Source: Escherichia phage Ec1-ASingh
DNA length: 61,135 bases
Reading direction: 5' to 3' (one strand)
Sequence record: PQ561393
The notes under the pieces are model-generated. The model ran no database searches, was not told where the DNA came from, and saw only the letters and a list, made by a program, of their open reading frames with translations. Position numbers and translations under genes: made by a program. Below, piece by piece: positions 18,906-28,285 of the stretch (position 1 is its first letter; every line of letters starts with the position of its first letter).

Positions 18906-19526
18906 TTAAGCCTTATGGCACAATGCCAGGAACTCTGCGCGGGTCTGCGGCTCGTCCTTTATCGCACCGCGGAGAGCAGTCGTAACAGTGTGGTGACCAT
19001 GCTGACAAACTCCGCGAGACTCCATACACATGTGACGAGCTGTGATGTAAACACCCACACCAACAGGCTCGAGATGTTCTTGGATTGCATCTGCGATATT
19101 GTTGGTAAGCCGTTCCTGAACCTGTAAACGTCGAGCAAAGGCATCAACAACACGATTGAGCTTACTAAGACCAACAATGCGGCCGGACGGAATGTAGGCA
19201 ACAGTAGCGTGGCCAAAAATGTCGGCCATGTGATGCTCACATTTACTATAGAAAGGAATACGCACAACCGCAACCATCTGGTCGGCACCTTCTGCTCCAT
19301 CTTCGAACACCTTAAAGAGCCCAGGGATATCCACGGCGTAACCGCCAAACCAGTGTTCAAACGCTTTCGCAACACGGGTTGGCGTTTCAAGCAAGCCCGG
19401 GCGCAGTGGGGCATCGCTATCGCCAGATTCAATAATGCCCAGGATCTCTCCCATACGGTCAGCGATCTGGACTCGGCACAGCTCGAGTTGAGTACGTTCC
19501 ATCATTTCGTGTATCCTACATGGCAT
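18906..19526 (-). CDS. folE: GTP cyclohydrolase I
   Basis: CEHH zinc motif, ATVAYIP..GLSKLNRVV..FARRLQVQERLT, HxC..RG; near colinear with bacterial FolE. Confidence 0.9.
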   Translation of the reverse strand: MPCRIHEMMERTQLELCRVQIADRMGEILGIIESGDSDAPLRPGLLETPTRVAKAFEHWFGGYAVDIPGLFKVFEDGAEGADQMVAVVRIPFYSKCEHHMADIFGHATVAYIPSGRIVGLSKLNRVVDAFARRLQVQERLTNNIADAIQEHLEPVGVGVYITARHMCMESRGVCQHGHHTVTTALRGAIKDEPQTRAEFLALCHKA

Positions 19527-20026
19527 TTGGAAGTTTCTTCAATGGTGCATTTTACAAGCTCTACACCGTGTTCGTCCAGCAGGCGCGGGCCGATAACTTC
19601 GACCATATATGCAGCCAGGTTTTCAGCAGTCGGGTTAAACGGCAGCGATACCAAAGAATCGAAGAAATGGATTTCGTCTTTTGCTTCGATAAAGCCGGGG
19701 CGGTTGGAATCTTCAATCAAGCTGGCAATACCGGCTATCAGTTTGTCTTGTTCCCAATGCAGGAAGCGGTGATCCCAATTGGTTTCCAGCCACTCACAGA
19801 GAGTAGACTTAACCACACTGAAATCAATCACGCGGCCAATATTGTCCAGAGCAGCGGATCCAACTTCGTATTCTTTTGCAAGGGACTTGATTTGACCATC
19901 CAACTTCGGTGCAACGTGGAAGTGGAAGACGTAGTTGTGCCCGTGCAGGTGGCGGCACTTACTTTCATGGCCAACTACACGGTGGCCAGCGCAAATTTCA
20001 TGCGAACGGATTACTTCATAGCTCAT
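19502..20026 (-). CDS. queD: 6-carboxy-5,6,7,8-tetrahydropterin synthase
   Basis: CxxHxxxxH...CxxLHGH motif (ICAGHRVVGHESKCRHLHGH), NPTAENLA, C-terminal ETSKC; start set at ATG 20026 with RBS. Confidence 0.8.
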   Translation of the reverse strand: MSYEVIRSHEICAGHRVVGHESKCRHLHGHNYVFHFHVAPKLDGQIKSLAKEYEVGSAALDNIGRVIDFSVVKSTLCEWLETNWDHRFLHWEQDKLIAGIASLIEDSNRPGFIEAKDEIHFFDSLVSLPFNPTAENLAAYMVEVIGPRLLDEHGVELVKCTIEETSKCHVGYTK

Positions 20027-20463
20027 TAGAATTTCTCCGCGTGTTTGTCGTACGCATCGTTGATTAATTTGGTAAAACAATCGTTGTGCTCGCTCCAGAT
20101 TGTCTGCCCCATGCTTTTAGCAACAAGATGATAGGAATTTGTTGCATCGTCTTGAAATACACTAACGACTACATCTGACCCGTTCTGAACGTAACCAATT
20201 AGGGCTCTAAACTTCTCGAAGACGCCTTTTTCTTTAGGATCTCCAGCCAGACGTGACAGCAGTGACTTGACAGTGGGCTCGTATTCGGGCCAGTCCTGCT
20301 CGATAAAAATACCTTCAACTTGCTGTTTCCCGTCAGCTTTTCGACCGTCAGCGACTGCGTTTGCAAGATCTTCGAGTTGCTCTTGCTGGTCACGGGTAAG
20401 GTACTTTTTCACATCCTTTAACTTAAAAGTCAGATAGCGGTGTTCGAAACGTTTATCCTTCAT
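20026..20463 (-). CDS. Hypothetical protein within 7-deazaguanine module
   Basis: 145 aa from ATG 20463; no recognisable motif. Confidence 0.4.
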   Translation of the reverse strand: MKDKRFEHRYLTFKLKDVKKYLTRDQQEQLEDLANAVADGRKADGKQQVEGIFIEQDWPEYEPTVKSLLSRLAGDPKEKGVFEKFRALIGYVQNGSDVVVSVFQDDATNSYHLVAKSMGQTIWSEHNDCFTKLINDAYDKHAEKF

Positions 20464-20725
20464 TTTCTGCCTGCTCCATAAATTCACGGTACTTGCGAAC
20501 GCACTCGTCTTTACTACGGGACGCAAAACAGCGCCAGCCGTTGTCCAGCTTGTACGACCAGTAAAAGGCACCAAAGCGGTTCTTCATTTGCTTAGTTACG
20601 CAGACGCTCTGCTTCAGCATCGGGTTCTGAGACTTAATAAACGCAGCACGTTCAGATTGTGACAGCATTTCATATGCCTCCCGTTGCATGTTAGCATACA
20701 TCATTTCACGGAAATTCATCTTCAT
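20453..20725 (-). CDS. Hypothetical protein within 7-deazaguanine module
   Basis: 90 aa ORF. Confidence 0.4.
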   Translation of the reverse strand: MKMNFREMMYANMQREAYEMLSQSERAAFIKSQNPMLKQSVCVTKQMKNRFGAFYWSYKLDNGWRCFASRSKDECVRKYREFMEQAENEG

Positions 20726-20759
20726 AAGAAGCTCCTGGACGTCCCTGTCCGGTTGTTAG

Positions 20760-22190
20760 TTATTGTTCATCCAGATAGTTAATTACCTCTGGCGCGTTAT
20801 TAATACTAAACGCAGTCCGTCGCATCATGCAAGGGCCACACGTACCGCAATGCAGGTCGCCGTTCTTATAACAGCTCCACGTATGGGCCAACGGTGCTCC
20901 CTGCTCGAGCCCCAGGGCCACGATCTCGTGCTTCATTAAGTTACCCACAGGCATGAGCACCCGCACGCGCTTACCGTCGCCTACAGCGAACGGTAATAAC
21001 GCATTAAAGCGGTTAATGAACTCGGGTTCGTTATCGGGGTAGGCGCCCGCTTCTTCCAGGTTATTACCCAGCACGATGTAGTCAAACCCTTTCGCTTCTG
21101 CGTAGGCAGTGGCGACAGACAGCATAACCAGATTACGAGCAGGAACCCACTCATGAGCGAATTCCGCGCCCGCTTCTCCGCCTGCAATTGTTGCAGTGTG
21201 GTCAAACAGGGGACTATCTGATGGGTCGTAAATGGGAATCGGGAAAAGGACAAGTGGCACCCCCATCGCTTCAGAAATTTCTTTAATTGCTTTCAGCTCA
21301 TGCTCTTCAGCACGGCAGCCGTATTGGAAGTTAATAAGGGTTACTTCCATGCCCTGATTTTTGCACACCTGCGCGGCAACGGTGCTATCCAGGCCCCCAC
21401 TAGCAACGACCAGCGCCCGCGGAGTTTTCTTCTCGTCTAGAAAAAAGCCCCGTCGGTCCAGATCTGTGGAGTGCCCACACACCATGTTACAGGTATACGG
21501 TTCTTGCATCTGAGGTACGCAGTTATGCGGCAGCATGGACGCTTCGCTCGCTAACCACACACCAGAATCGTTCTTCCCAATCCAGATCGGGCGGTAGTTA
21601 CACGCAGTGAAAATAAATCCAGGCGCGTCTTCGTGTGTTGCCAGAATTGCGTAACTCCCTTTCAGGCGCGAAATAGCTTCCACGAAAATGTCATAGATCT
21701 GGTGGTGGAGCAACGGTTCTTCCGGTTCCGGAGTTAGCTCGCACAGCAGTTCAACGATCGCAGCACTATCAATTTCACTTTGGTGAGGTCTCGGTCTGGT
21801 GCGCGAACGCAGTTCTTTATCGTTTGCGATAGTACCGTTGTGAACGATAGCCCACGGGCCGAGTGCATACGGTTGCTGGTCATACCCGTTCTTTTCTTTC
21901 ACCCATTCGGTAGTCGGTTCAGCGCGTGCATTACCGATGAGGGTTACAGGGCAACGGTGAAGCGTGGCGTGTTGGACGATGTCCTGCATGGTGCAGTTAT
22001 GCAGGTAGGACCCAGCTTTTTCCGTTGTCATACACTGATACGAAACGTAAGGTTTTGGCAGGTGCGTAATTCGCGCGCCAATACCGTCGCGCCCGCGGTT
22101 GATAGCACCGCGTACCATGTCGTCAGCCATAACGCGCAAACGATCTTTATCGACAATGCCGTTAGTTACAAATCCAAAGATTGAGCACAT
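20760..22190 (-). CDS. queC: Gat-QueC: class-II glutamine amidotransferase fused to QueC (7-cyano-7-deazaguanine synthase-like)
   Basis: N-terminal MCSIFG (Ntn Cys nucleophile, as in AsnB); C-terminal SGGLDS PP-loop, VPARN, YPD, CYxxxxxHCGxCxxC zinc motif as in QueC. Confidence 0.85.
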   Translation of the reverse strand: MCSIFGFVTNGIVDKDRLRVMADDMVRGAINRGRDGIGARITHLPKPYVSYQCMTTEKAGSYLHNCTMQDIVQHATLHRCPVTLIGNARAEPTTEWVKEKNGYDQQPYALGPWAIVHNGTIANDKELRSRTRPRPHQSEIDSAAIVELLCELTPEPEEPLLHHQIYDIFVEAISRLKGSYAILATHEDAPGFIFTACNYRPIWIGKNDSGVWLASEASMLPHNCVPQMQEPYTCNMVCGHSTDLDRRGFFLDEKKTPRALVVASGGLDSTVAAQVCKNQGMEVTLINFQYGCRAEEHELKAIKEISEAMGVPLVLFPIPIYDPSDSPLFDHTATIAGGEAGAEFAHEWVPARNLVMLSVATAYAEAKGFDYIVLGNNLEEAGAYPDNEPEFINRFNALLPFAVGDGKRVRVLMPVGNLMKHEIVALGLEQGAPLAHTWSCYKNGDLHCGTCGPCMMRRTAFSINNAPEVINYLDEQ

Positions 22191-22504
22191 AAGATATTTC
22201 CTTCAATTGGTGAATGTGGACACCATGCAATGATCCCGTTAGATGGCGGAGTCACTGACGTGTTGTAGGTTATTTTAACACGGGCGCTGCTGACATCTGT
22301 GTTGATTATTACAGTACCGTCCTGCAGAAGTAAATCAACACCATAACCCGCACGCAATACAGCCAGCAAGCCTTTTACGGATATATCCTGCATGGGCATT
22401 GATCTGCTGTGAAATCTACAGACAACCTCGTTATATCCCTCTGGGCGTACCGGAAACACCTCTTTGAGGATATCAACTCGAGTTTTTGGGGCTGGTGTGA
22501 ACAT
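22166..22504 (-). CDS. Hypothetical protein within 7-deazaguanine module
   Basis: 112 aa ORF between queE and gat-queC. Confidence 0.4.
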   Translation of the reverse strand: MFTPAPKTRVDILKEVFPVRPEGYNEVVCRFHSRSMPMQDISVKGLLAVLRAGYGVDLLLQDGTVIINTDVSSARVKITYNTSVTPPSNGIIAWCPHSPIEGNILCAQSLDL

Positions 22505-23205
22505 TATTCCACCTCTAAATATTTGTGGACCTGTAATTGCACAATATACCCGTGGAGCTGGCAGGAAGCAACTACCGCCTGGATGTTGCGCTTGTTAGCG
22601 GCCGCATCTTGTTCGTCCATAGGTTGCAGGTAAATAGGGCCGCGGTAGTACGACGGCGGACGGGCGATGTGTGGTGTGGCGCGGTGCATAAGAGCCTGCA
22701 ACGGTAAACCGTCTTCCTCACGCATGTTGCCTGCCTGCAGCACGTATTTAAAGGCGTTTGCGCGGGCTGCTACGCTTGGATGAATCTTAGCTGCTTTCGG
22801 GCTGCAAACGACTGTTGCTTCATGGTGTAGCTCCAGTGGGATCTGCATTGTGCCGTTCGTTTCAATCTGAACTTTAAACCCCTTCGTATTAATCAACCAG
22901 TTAATCAGGTTAACCACTTCGGGTTGGCGGAAAGGTTCACCGCCGGTAATAACAATCAAACTGGTTTTAGCGTCACCGCGCTTCGCACGTACCTCGTCCA
23001 GGATTTGATGGTGCATCATGCGCTGGCGCCCTTCAGTGTACTCGGTGTCACAACCAGGGCACTGAAGGTTACAACCTGCTAAACGGATGAATACTGCCGG
23101 GTGACCACAATAAGGGCCTTCGCCTTGTATCGTGTGAAAAATGGAGTGGACATCCAAATGATAGCCGCGATCAATTTTCTCAGGTTCCTGAGTATTTAGT
23201 TTCAT
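22504..23205 (-). CDS. queE: 7-carboxy-7-deazaguanine synthase (radical SAM)
   Basis: IQGEG...PAVFIRLAGCNLQCPGCDT matches QueE Cx14CxxC-type cluster motif; start at ATG 23205 (a terminator hairpin lies inside the longer ORF-track version); alternative start 23268. Confidence 0.8.
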   Translation of the reverse strand: MKLNTQEPEKIDRGYHLDVHSIFHTIQGEGPYCGHPAVFIRLAGCNLQCPGCDTEYTEGRQRMMHHQILDEVRAKRGDAKTSLIVITGGEPFRQPEVVNLINWLINTKGFKVQIETNGTMQIPLELHHEATVVCSPKAAKIHPSVAARANAFKYVLQAGNMREEDGLPLQALMHRATPHIARPPSYYRGPIYLQPMDEQDAAANKRNIQAVVASCQLHGYIVQLQVHKYLEVE

Positions 23206-23279
23206 AGTATGTTCTCGATTGATGATGCGTAACGCTTGAAGGTATGACAAATGAAGGATAGCGGACATAAGAACCTCGG

Positions 23280-23312
23280 GGTAAAGATAACAAAGGGGTC
23301 GTAAGACCCCTT
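23280..23312 (-). terminator. Rho-independent terminator
   Basis: Hairpin aaggggtc-gtaa-gacccctt (same stem as terminator at 1194) followed by U-rich run on minus transcript. Confidence 0.5.
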
Positions 23313-23335
23313 CTGAGTTGCCGAGTTTGTACTGA

Positions 23336-24190
23336 TTACTCTGCGGACTGGTTGCCGTCCTGGCCTTCAGCTGCCGCCGGTGCAGGGATACTGACGCTGG
23401 CTGCGGCTGCTGCAATGTTAGCAGGAACCGGAACAGCGACGCGACCGCTGATACCGTGATATTTTTTCCAGCGAGCGTATTCGGCTTTCACGTTGGCTTC
23501 GTTCAGGCCTTTTTCCAGCGCCACCGGCAGCACGTAGGAAATCGGAGCGGTCTGGCCCATCGTGGTAGAGATGGCGTCGAACAGATCCCATGCAGCGCGG
23601 CACAGGGTGCCCACGGACGGTTTACGGATACCGTTCTGCTCGGGTTCTTTTTTCGCTTCGCGTTCCTGGCGCTTACGTTCAGCTTCCGCTTCGCGGTCAG
23701 CTTTTTCTTTCGCCTTTTTCTCTTCACGGGCTTTCTTATCCAGTTCAGCCTGTGCAGTTTTAGCGGCGTCCAGCTTTGACTTCAGATCTTTACCGGCCTG
23801 CTCGATCTGAGCCACCAGGCCTTCAGATTCGGTCACAGCCTGTTTCAGCGCGGTGCTTTCTTTTGCCTTACGGCCGGCAGCTTTAACAACCTTCAGACCT
23901 TCTTTAGCAGTCTTCAGGTTATCAGCGATAGCAGTCTGCGCGGATTTAACGTCTTCAACGGTGGAAGTTTCGTTCAGCGCACCGACAACGGCGTCAACGT
24001 TCGCTTTCGCGGAAGTGATGGTGTTATAACCGCCAGTCGCTTCAGTGATAGCGTCTTTTTCTTTCTGCTCCGCAGCTTCTTTAGCGCGACGTTCAGCGTC
24101 GGCCTTCTTCTGCTGTTCAGTCTTTTCAGCCGCTTTCTTAGCGGCTTCTTCCGCCTGGATCTGCTCTTTGGTTTTTTCTTTGCCAGCCAT
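23336..24190 (-). CDS. Lys/Glu/Ala-rich coiled-coil protein
   Basis: Start at ATG 24190 with RBS GGAG; highly charged low-complexity middle, structured C-terminus. Confidence 0.45.
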   Translation of the reverse strand: MAGKEKTKEQIQAEEAAKKAAEKTEQQKKADAERRAKEAAEQKEKDAITEATGGYNTITSAKANVDAVVGALNETSTVEDVKSAQTAIADNLKTAKEGLKVVKAAGRKAKESTALKQAVTESEGLVAQIEQAGKDLKSKLDAAKTAQAELDKKAREEKKAKEKADREAEAERKRQEREAKKEPEQNGIRKPSVGTLCRAAWDLFDAISTTMGQTAPISYVLPVALEKGLNEANVKAEYARWKKYHGISGRVAVPVPANIAAAAASVSIPAPAAAEGQDGNQSAE

Positions 24191-24288
24191 ATTCTTTACT
24201 CCGGTTTGTGTGTTTGGATCGGTGAACTGCTTTAATGTGGTTGCAGCATAACTAATCAAACGTTGATACGCAACTATTAATAAAGTCT

Positions 24289-25023
24289 TTAACCGATTCT
24301 TTCTTTTTGCCAGGCACCGAGTGTATTACTGGATGTATTACGCTTCACACCCTGCGCTTCGAGAGTGTTCATCATCTCTTTACGCAGCTTGAGGATTTCG
24401 CTTTTATCGGTGGGTTTACCGGCTGCCTCCCACATAGCGTCCGCAACCTCAAAGATAATGTCCCGTGTGCCGCTTGCTCGCGGCGCTGTGCTGCGCTCGC
24501 CGCTGCTCTGTGCAGTTGCAGCACTGGTATCCCTGCCGGGCCTCCAAGCGGGCTGTGTGCCCGGTGTCACCTGTACGGGAGCTCCCGCTTCAATGGCAGC
24601 TTCTCCAGAGTGATCTGGTAAGGACTGGAAGTAAGGAGCTTCGCCATCGTGTACAATAGGACGATCACCGGTAGGACTATACAGGCAAGAACCCTGCCTG
24701 TCTTCGCCAATAGCCCAGTTGGCTTGTGAATCCGAATTCTCACCAATTTGTGTCTCCTGCATTTTGTTGAAGTAGTACACCAGGATTCGACAGACCACAT
24801 TACGCGCATAAGTCGCGCCGTCAGTGTTACCGGTCGTGTTGATGTACAGGAGTTGAAGCTGCACGTTGTCGAACTCTTTCTTAATCGAGTCCTCGTCCAG
24901 CGGTAGCACAATTGAACATTCACTACAGGTTAGGATCCCGTAGTCGTGAAGGCGTTGCCAGTTGGGATGTTTGGCAAGCGCACGCATGTTGTCGCCATCA
25001 ATTAAGATATACATTATTACCAC
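24289..25023 (-). CDS. Hypothetical protein, possible NYN/PIN-like N-terminal domain
   Basis: N-terminal YILIDGDN motif; disordered Ser/Thr/Pro-rich centre. Confidence 0.35.
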   Translation of the reverse strand: MVIMYILIDGDNMRALAKHPNWQRLHDYGILTCSECSIVLPLDEDSIKKEFDNVQLQLLYINTTGNTDGATYARNVVCRILVYYFNKMQETQIGENSDSQANWAIGEDRQGSCLYSPTGDRPIVHDGEAPYFQSLPDHSGEAAIEAGAPVQVTPGTQPAWRPGRDTSAATAQSSGERSTAPRASGTRDIIFEVADAMWEAAGKPTDKSEILKLRKEMMNTLEAQGVKRNTSSNTLGAWQKERIG

Positions 25024-25256
25024 TCATTACATTCACGGGACATAGCCCAGATTTCGTCATAAGGATCAAAGTCACCTTCACCGCTAGAAGGCATGTATGC
25101 GACTTGCGATTCGTGGAACACTGCAACCCCGTGAACGAAACGACGAGCTTTCTCACCTTTGAGAACTCCAAAGTTAAGCTCGCGCCACTGCCGAAATGTG
25201 CGCCACTCGCCTTTCTCTGGAGTGTGGTCATTAGTTCTAAACGTCATCTTTGCCAT
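25017..25256 (-). CDS. Hypothetical protein
   Basis: 79 aa ORF between helicase and downstream gene. Confidence 0.4.
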   Translation of the reverse strand: MAKMTFRTNDHTPEKGEWRTFRQWRELNFGVLKGEKARRFVHGVAVFHESQVAYMPSSGEGDFDPYDEIWAMSRECNEW

Positions 25257-25264
25257 ACGCTACC

Positions 25265-27271
25265 TCAAAACGGTATGTCGTCATCAAAGTCCATAGGCAC
25301 TGGTTCGCCTTTACCGTTTAGCATATGCGTATTGCCGTTGAACTGCAAACTGGTGGGCGGTTCGTCCTCATCGTATTTGTTGGTATAGGTGCCGCCAGCT
25401 TTAATAATTCCTTTGGCGCTCATGATCTGCACTTCAGGGCGCTCGTCTGTCTGCGCCTGAGTTTTAAATGCTGTGCCGTCATAGCACTCGTTGAGCACTT
25501 CAGGGAACTTTTTAGCCATGTCAACATAAATGTGCGTCGGAATACGAAGCTGGGACACGACCTCTAGCGCTTCATCTATGTTGCTCGGCACCGGCCGGTC
25601 GCAGTGTTCCCGCCACCAGCGACGACCCTTGTTACCAGCGAACCCATCGTGGAACATGCAGATATACTGGCTAATGGCTCTTCCGTTATTATTGTCGACA
25701 TGGTAGTCGACGCGCAGGGATGCGGGTTTACTGGAGTCCCCACGGTTATAGTGCGCGTAATAGCTTATCAAGTTAACCTTAAAGACTTCTGTGACTGGTA
25801 AATCATTCTTGATAATCTGTTTGGTGCTTGCACCAGCCATCAGTTTCTTCTCGAACGTAAATTCGTGCCCGCAGAAGTCTTTTGCAGTTGCTATCCCATC
25901 CTTACCGCGCACAAAATACCCGCGCAGTAAAAGCTCGTTCACTTCCCCGAAAGTCATTCCCGTTGTGTTAACAGGTGCTAACCCTCCGCAGTAACGGACT
26001 GACGCATGGTTCCACATGCTGCAAATAGGACATTTCTTAACAGGTGCTTCGCCTTTACCTTTCTGCCCTGGACGCTTAGGTATTACAGGATCATTAATAG
26101 GACCGAGGCGACGGGTGTTACCGGAGTAATCCAGAACCAGACAGTTCTGTTTGTGGGATGCTGCTATAGCTTGCAAACGGCCAAGAGTAGTAGACAGGTC
26201 AAACCCATCAGCATAGTCTGGGCGAGTCCCACGACCAAGAATCTGTACCCACAACCGTGAGGATTCAGACGGTCTAAGAACGATGATAAGATCCAGGCCA
26301 GGATGGTCAAAACCAGTTGTAAGAACGTTGTTGTTAACGACGGCAGTGATGCGTCCAGATTTAAAGTCTGCAAGTGTTTTATCACGCTCGGCTTTCGGCG
26401 TGTCCCCTGTAACCATTGCGCAGGAAATACCGCGCATTTTTAACACACGGATAATGTCTTTACAGTGATCCACCCCTGATCCAAAGATCAACCAGGATTG
26501 GCGGTTGTCTTCCTGTGCAATACCAATAGCATCGTCAATTAAATACTCGGTTACTTCAGGGTTGTTAACAACCTTCTGGAGCTCACTTTCAATGAACTCA
26601 CCTCCCCGCTTGTGTACCCCACTAACATCCAATTCTTTCTTGGTTGCTTTTGGTACTACAGGAAGCAAGTAACCTTCTTTAATGAACCAGTTGAAGCATT
26701 CCATATTACAAGCATCAAACACGATCTTATCAAACATCGCATTAGGTGCATCGTCGTCCTTGACAATTGAACCGTAACCCAGGCGCCAGCCCGTAGCAGT
26801 CAACCCAATAACTTTCATATCGGGATTATGCTTACGTATCTCCGCAAAGAATTTTTGATAACTGGTTTGCTGGTTAGGGCTAATTAAGTCACATTCGTCA
26901 ACAATAATAATGTCAACGTCTGTGAAGTATTGCACAGCCTTACAGATAGACTGGATGCCTGCAAAGGTGATCATCGCGTGCTTGTCTTTACAGTTCATAC
27001 CTGCGCTATAGATACCGGATGGTGCTTCCGGCCACAGCTTGTGGAACTTATCATGGTTCTGCTCGATAAGCTCTTTAACGTGCGTAACAACGATGGAGCG
27101 CACACTCCCCCAATTGTTATGAATGAATTGTAGCAGACCTGCGATAACGAGGGATTTACCCGTACCCGTTGGCAGTTGGATAAGCGGGTTCCCGGACTTG
27201 TTACCATACTTCATAAAGTAGCGGATAACTGAATCCACTGCTTCCTGTTGATAGTCGCGGAGTTTAAACAT
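25265..27271 (-). CDS. Superfamily-2 DNA helicase
   Basis: LRDYQ, PTGTGKS (Walker A), DECD (Walker B), TAT, QILGRGTR (motif VI); C-terminal Cys cluster. Confidence 0.8.
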   Translation of the reverse strand: MFKLRDYQQEAVDSVIRYFMKYGNKSGNPLIQLPTGTGKSLVIAGLLQFIHNNWGSVRSIVVTHVKELIEQNHDKFHKLWPEAPSGIYSAGMNCKDKHAMITFAGIQSICKAVQYFTDVDIIIVDECDLISPNQQTSYQKFFAEIRKHNPDMKVIGLTATGWRLGYGSIVKDDDAPNAMFDKIVFDACNMECFNWFIKEGYLLPVVPKATKKELDVSGVHKRGGEFIESELQKVVNNPEVTEYLIDDAIGIAQEDNRQSWLIFGSGVDHCKDIIRVLKMRGISCAMVTGDTPKAERDKTLADFKSGRITAVVNNNVLTTGFDHPGLDLIIVLRPSESSRLWVQILGRGTRPDYADGFDLSTTLGRLQAIAASHKQNCLVLDYSGNTRRLGPINDPVIPKRPGQKGKGEAPVKKCPICSMWNHASVRYCGGLAPVNTTGMTFGEVNELLLRGYFVRGKDGIATAKDFCGHEFTFEKKLMAGASTKQIIKNDLPVTEVFKVNLISYYAHYNRGDSSKPASLRVDYHVDNNNGRAISQYICMFHDGFAGNKGRRWWREHCDRPVPSNIDEALEVVSQLRIPTHIYVDMAKKFPEVLNECYDGTAFKTQAQTDERPEVQIMSAKGIIKAGGTYTNKYDEDEPPTSLQFNGNTHMLNGKGEPVPMDFDDDIPF

Positions 27272-27275
27272 GTGC

Positions 27276-28223
27276 TCACCCGTAGTAGTCGGCAGCTACG
27301 TAAGAGGGACACGCAGCTAACTGGTCTTCTTTACTCAACGTCCCTTCACTACCGTCAGTGATGTAGGCCGCAGCGGCTGCAACCTTTAGACCACAACGCC
27401 ATGTCCCATCTTCCAGCGCATAGCTATGCTTACAGGTGCGGCAGTTCACTTCCGGCATTTCACCTAACTGGCACACTGGGCGCTGATCGCACCATTTACA
27501 TTTCCAGAAGGTTTTGTCACGGGAGATTTTTGGTGGTGGTGCATCCGACAGCGCAATGATGTGCCCACGGTCTTTGTAACGCTCTGCCACTTCAGGATCG
27601 AATGGTACGATTTCCGCCCAAATCTCATCCGTATTTTTGTTCACCGCAATGTACAGCGATGCCGGGAGTTTGTAATACAGCATGTATTCCTGCTGCTGCA
27701 CGTAGTGCTCCCATTTAGATTCCTTCACACCGTCAGCTTTCAGTTTCTTGAACGAAGTGTCGTTGTGGGTTTTCATTTCCGTCAGGATTGGTGTTTCTGG
27801 CTGGGGCATATCAGGGCAACCAATGATGACTCCGTCAATTGCCGAACCGAAGTGCCCGTTGAGATAAGAGACGCGATACTGTCCGCCAGTTTCGTCCTGT
27901 TGAACGATTTGTAACCCTGCCGTGAGTAACAGTGCAACAAATCGTCCTTCCTCCAGGTGACCTCGGTTAAAAAGACGCAGGGTCTGACCGCTGAAGTGTG
28001 GTTTAGTTGCCCAGCGCCAGCCGTAGAAAATCTTGGCGCCGCACTCATCGCCAATAAGGCTGATGCCCAAGTGGGTTCTGAAGCCCCCATCGCCAGCCCG
28101 ATACGCATCCTCAATATGAGGCAGCACCTTTCCCAGCCACACCCTGTAGGCGGAGCCTTGATCCCGCTCGATACACTCATTAAAGAGCTCCATCGTTTTA
28201 ACTGCTGGATAGAAATGTCCCAT
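27276..28223 (-). CDS. PD-(D/E)xK exonuclease (Cas4/RecB-like) with C-terminal Cys cluster
   Basis: Nuclease core pattern plus CxxC..C..C at C-terminus; recombination-module context. Confidence 0.55.
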   Translation of the reverse strand: MGHFYPAVKTMELFNECIERDQGSAYRVWLGKVLPHIEDAYRAGDGGFRTHLGISLIGDECGAKIFYGWRWATKPHFSGQTLRLFNRGHLEEGRFVALLLTAGLQIVQQDETGGQYRVSYLNGHFGSAIDGVIIGCPDMPQPETPILTEMKTHNDTSFKKLKADGVKESKWEHYVQQQEYMLYYKLPASLYIAVNKNTDEIWAEIVPFDPEVAERYKDRGHIIALSDAPPPKISRDKTFWKCKWCDQRPVCQLGEMPEVNCRTCKHSYALEDGTWRCGLKVAAAAAYITDGSEGTLSKEDQLAACPSYVAADYYG

Positions 28224-28285
28224 GATACCCTCTGCTTAGAAAAATACAGCGCCCTGAGGCGCTGTAAAATTATACACCAGTTTTA

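Noticed and set aside
23206-23415. N-terminal extension of QueE to the 303-aa ORF-track start
   Set aside because: The extension contains the terminator hairpin at 23293-23312 and precedes the conserved QueE N-terminus.
24191-24288. Possible sigma70 promoter TTGCGT-N17-TATGCT on minus strand
   Set aside because: Only 3/6 and 4/6 matches to consensus; too weak to call without transcript data.
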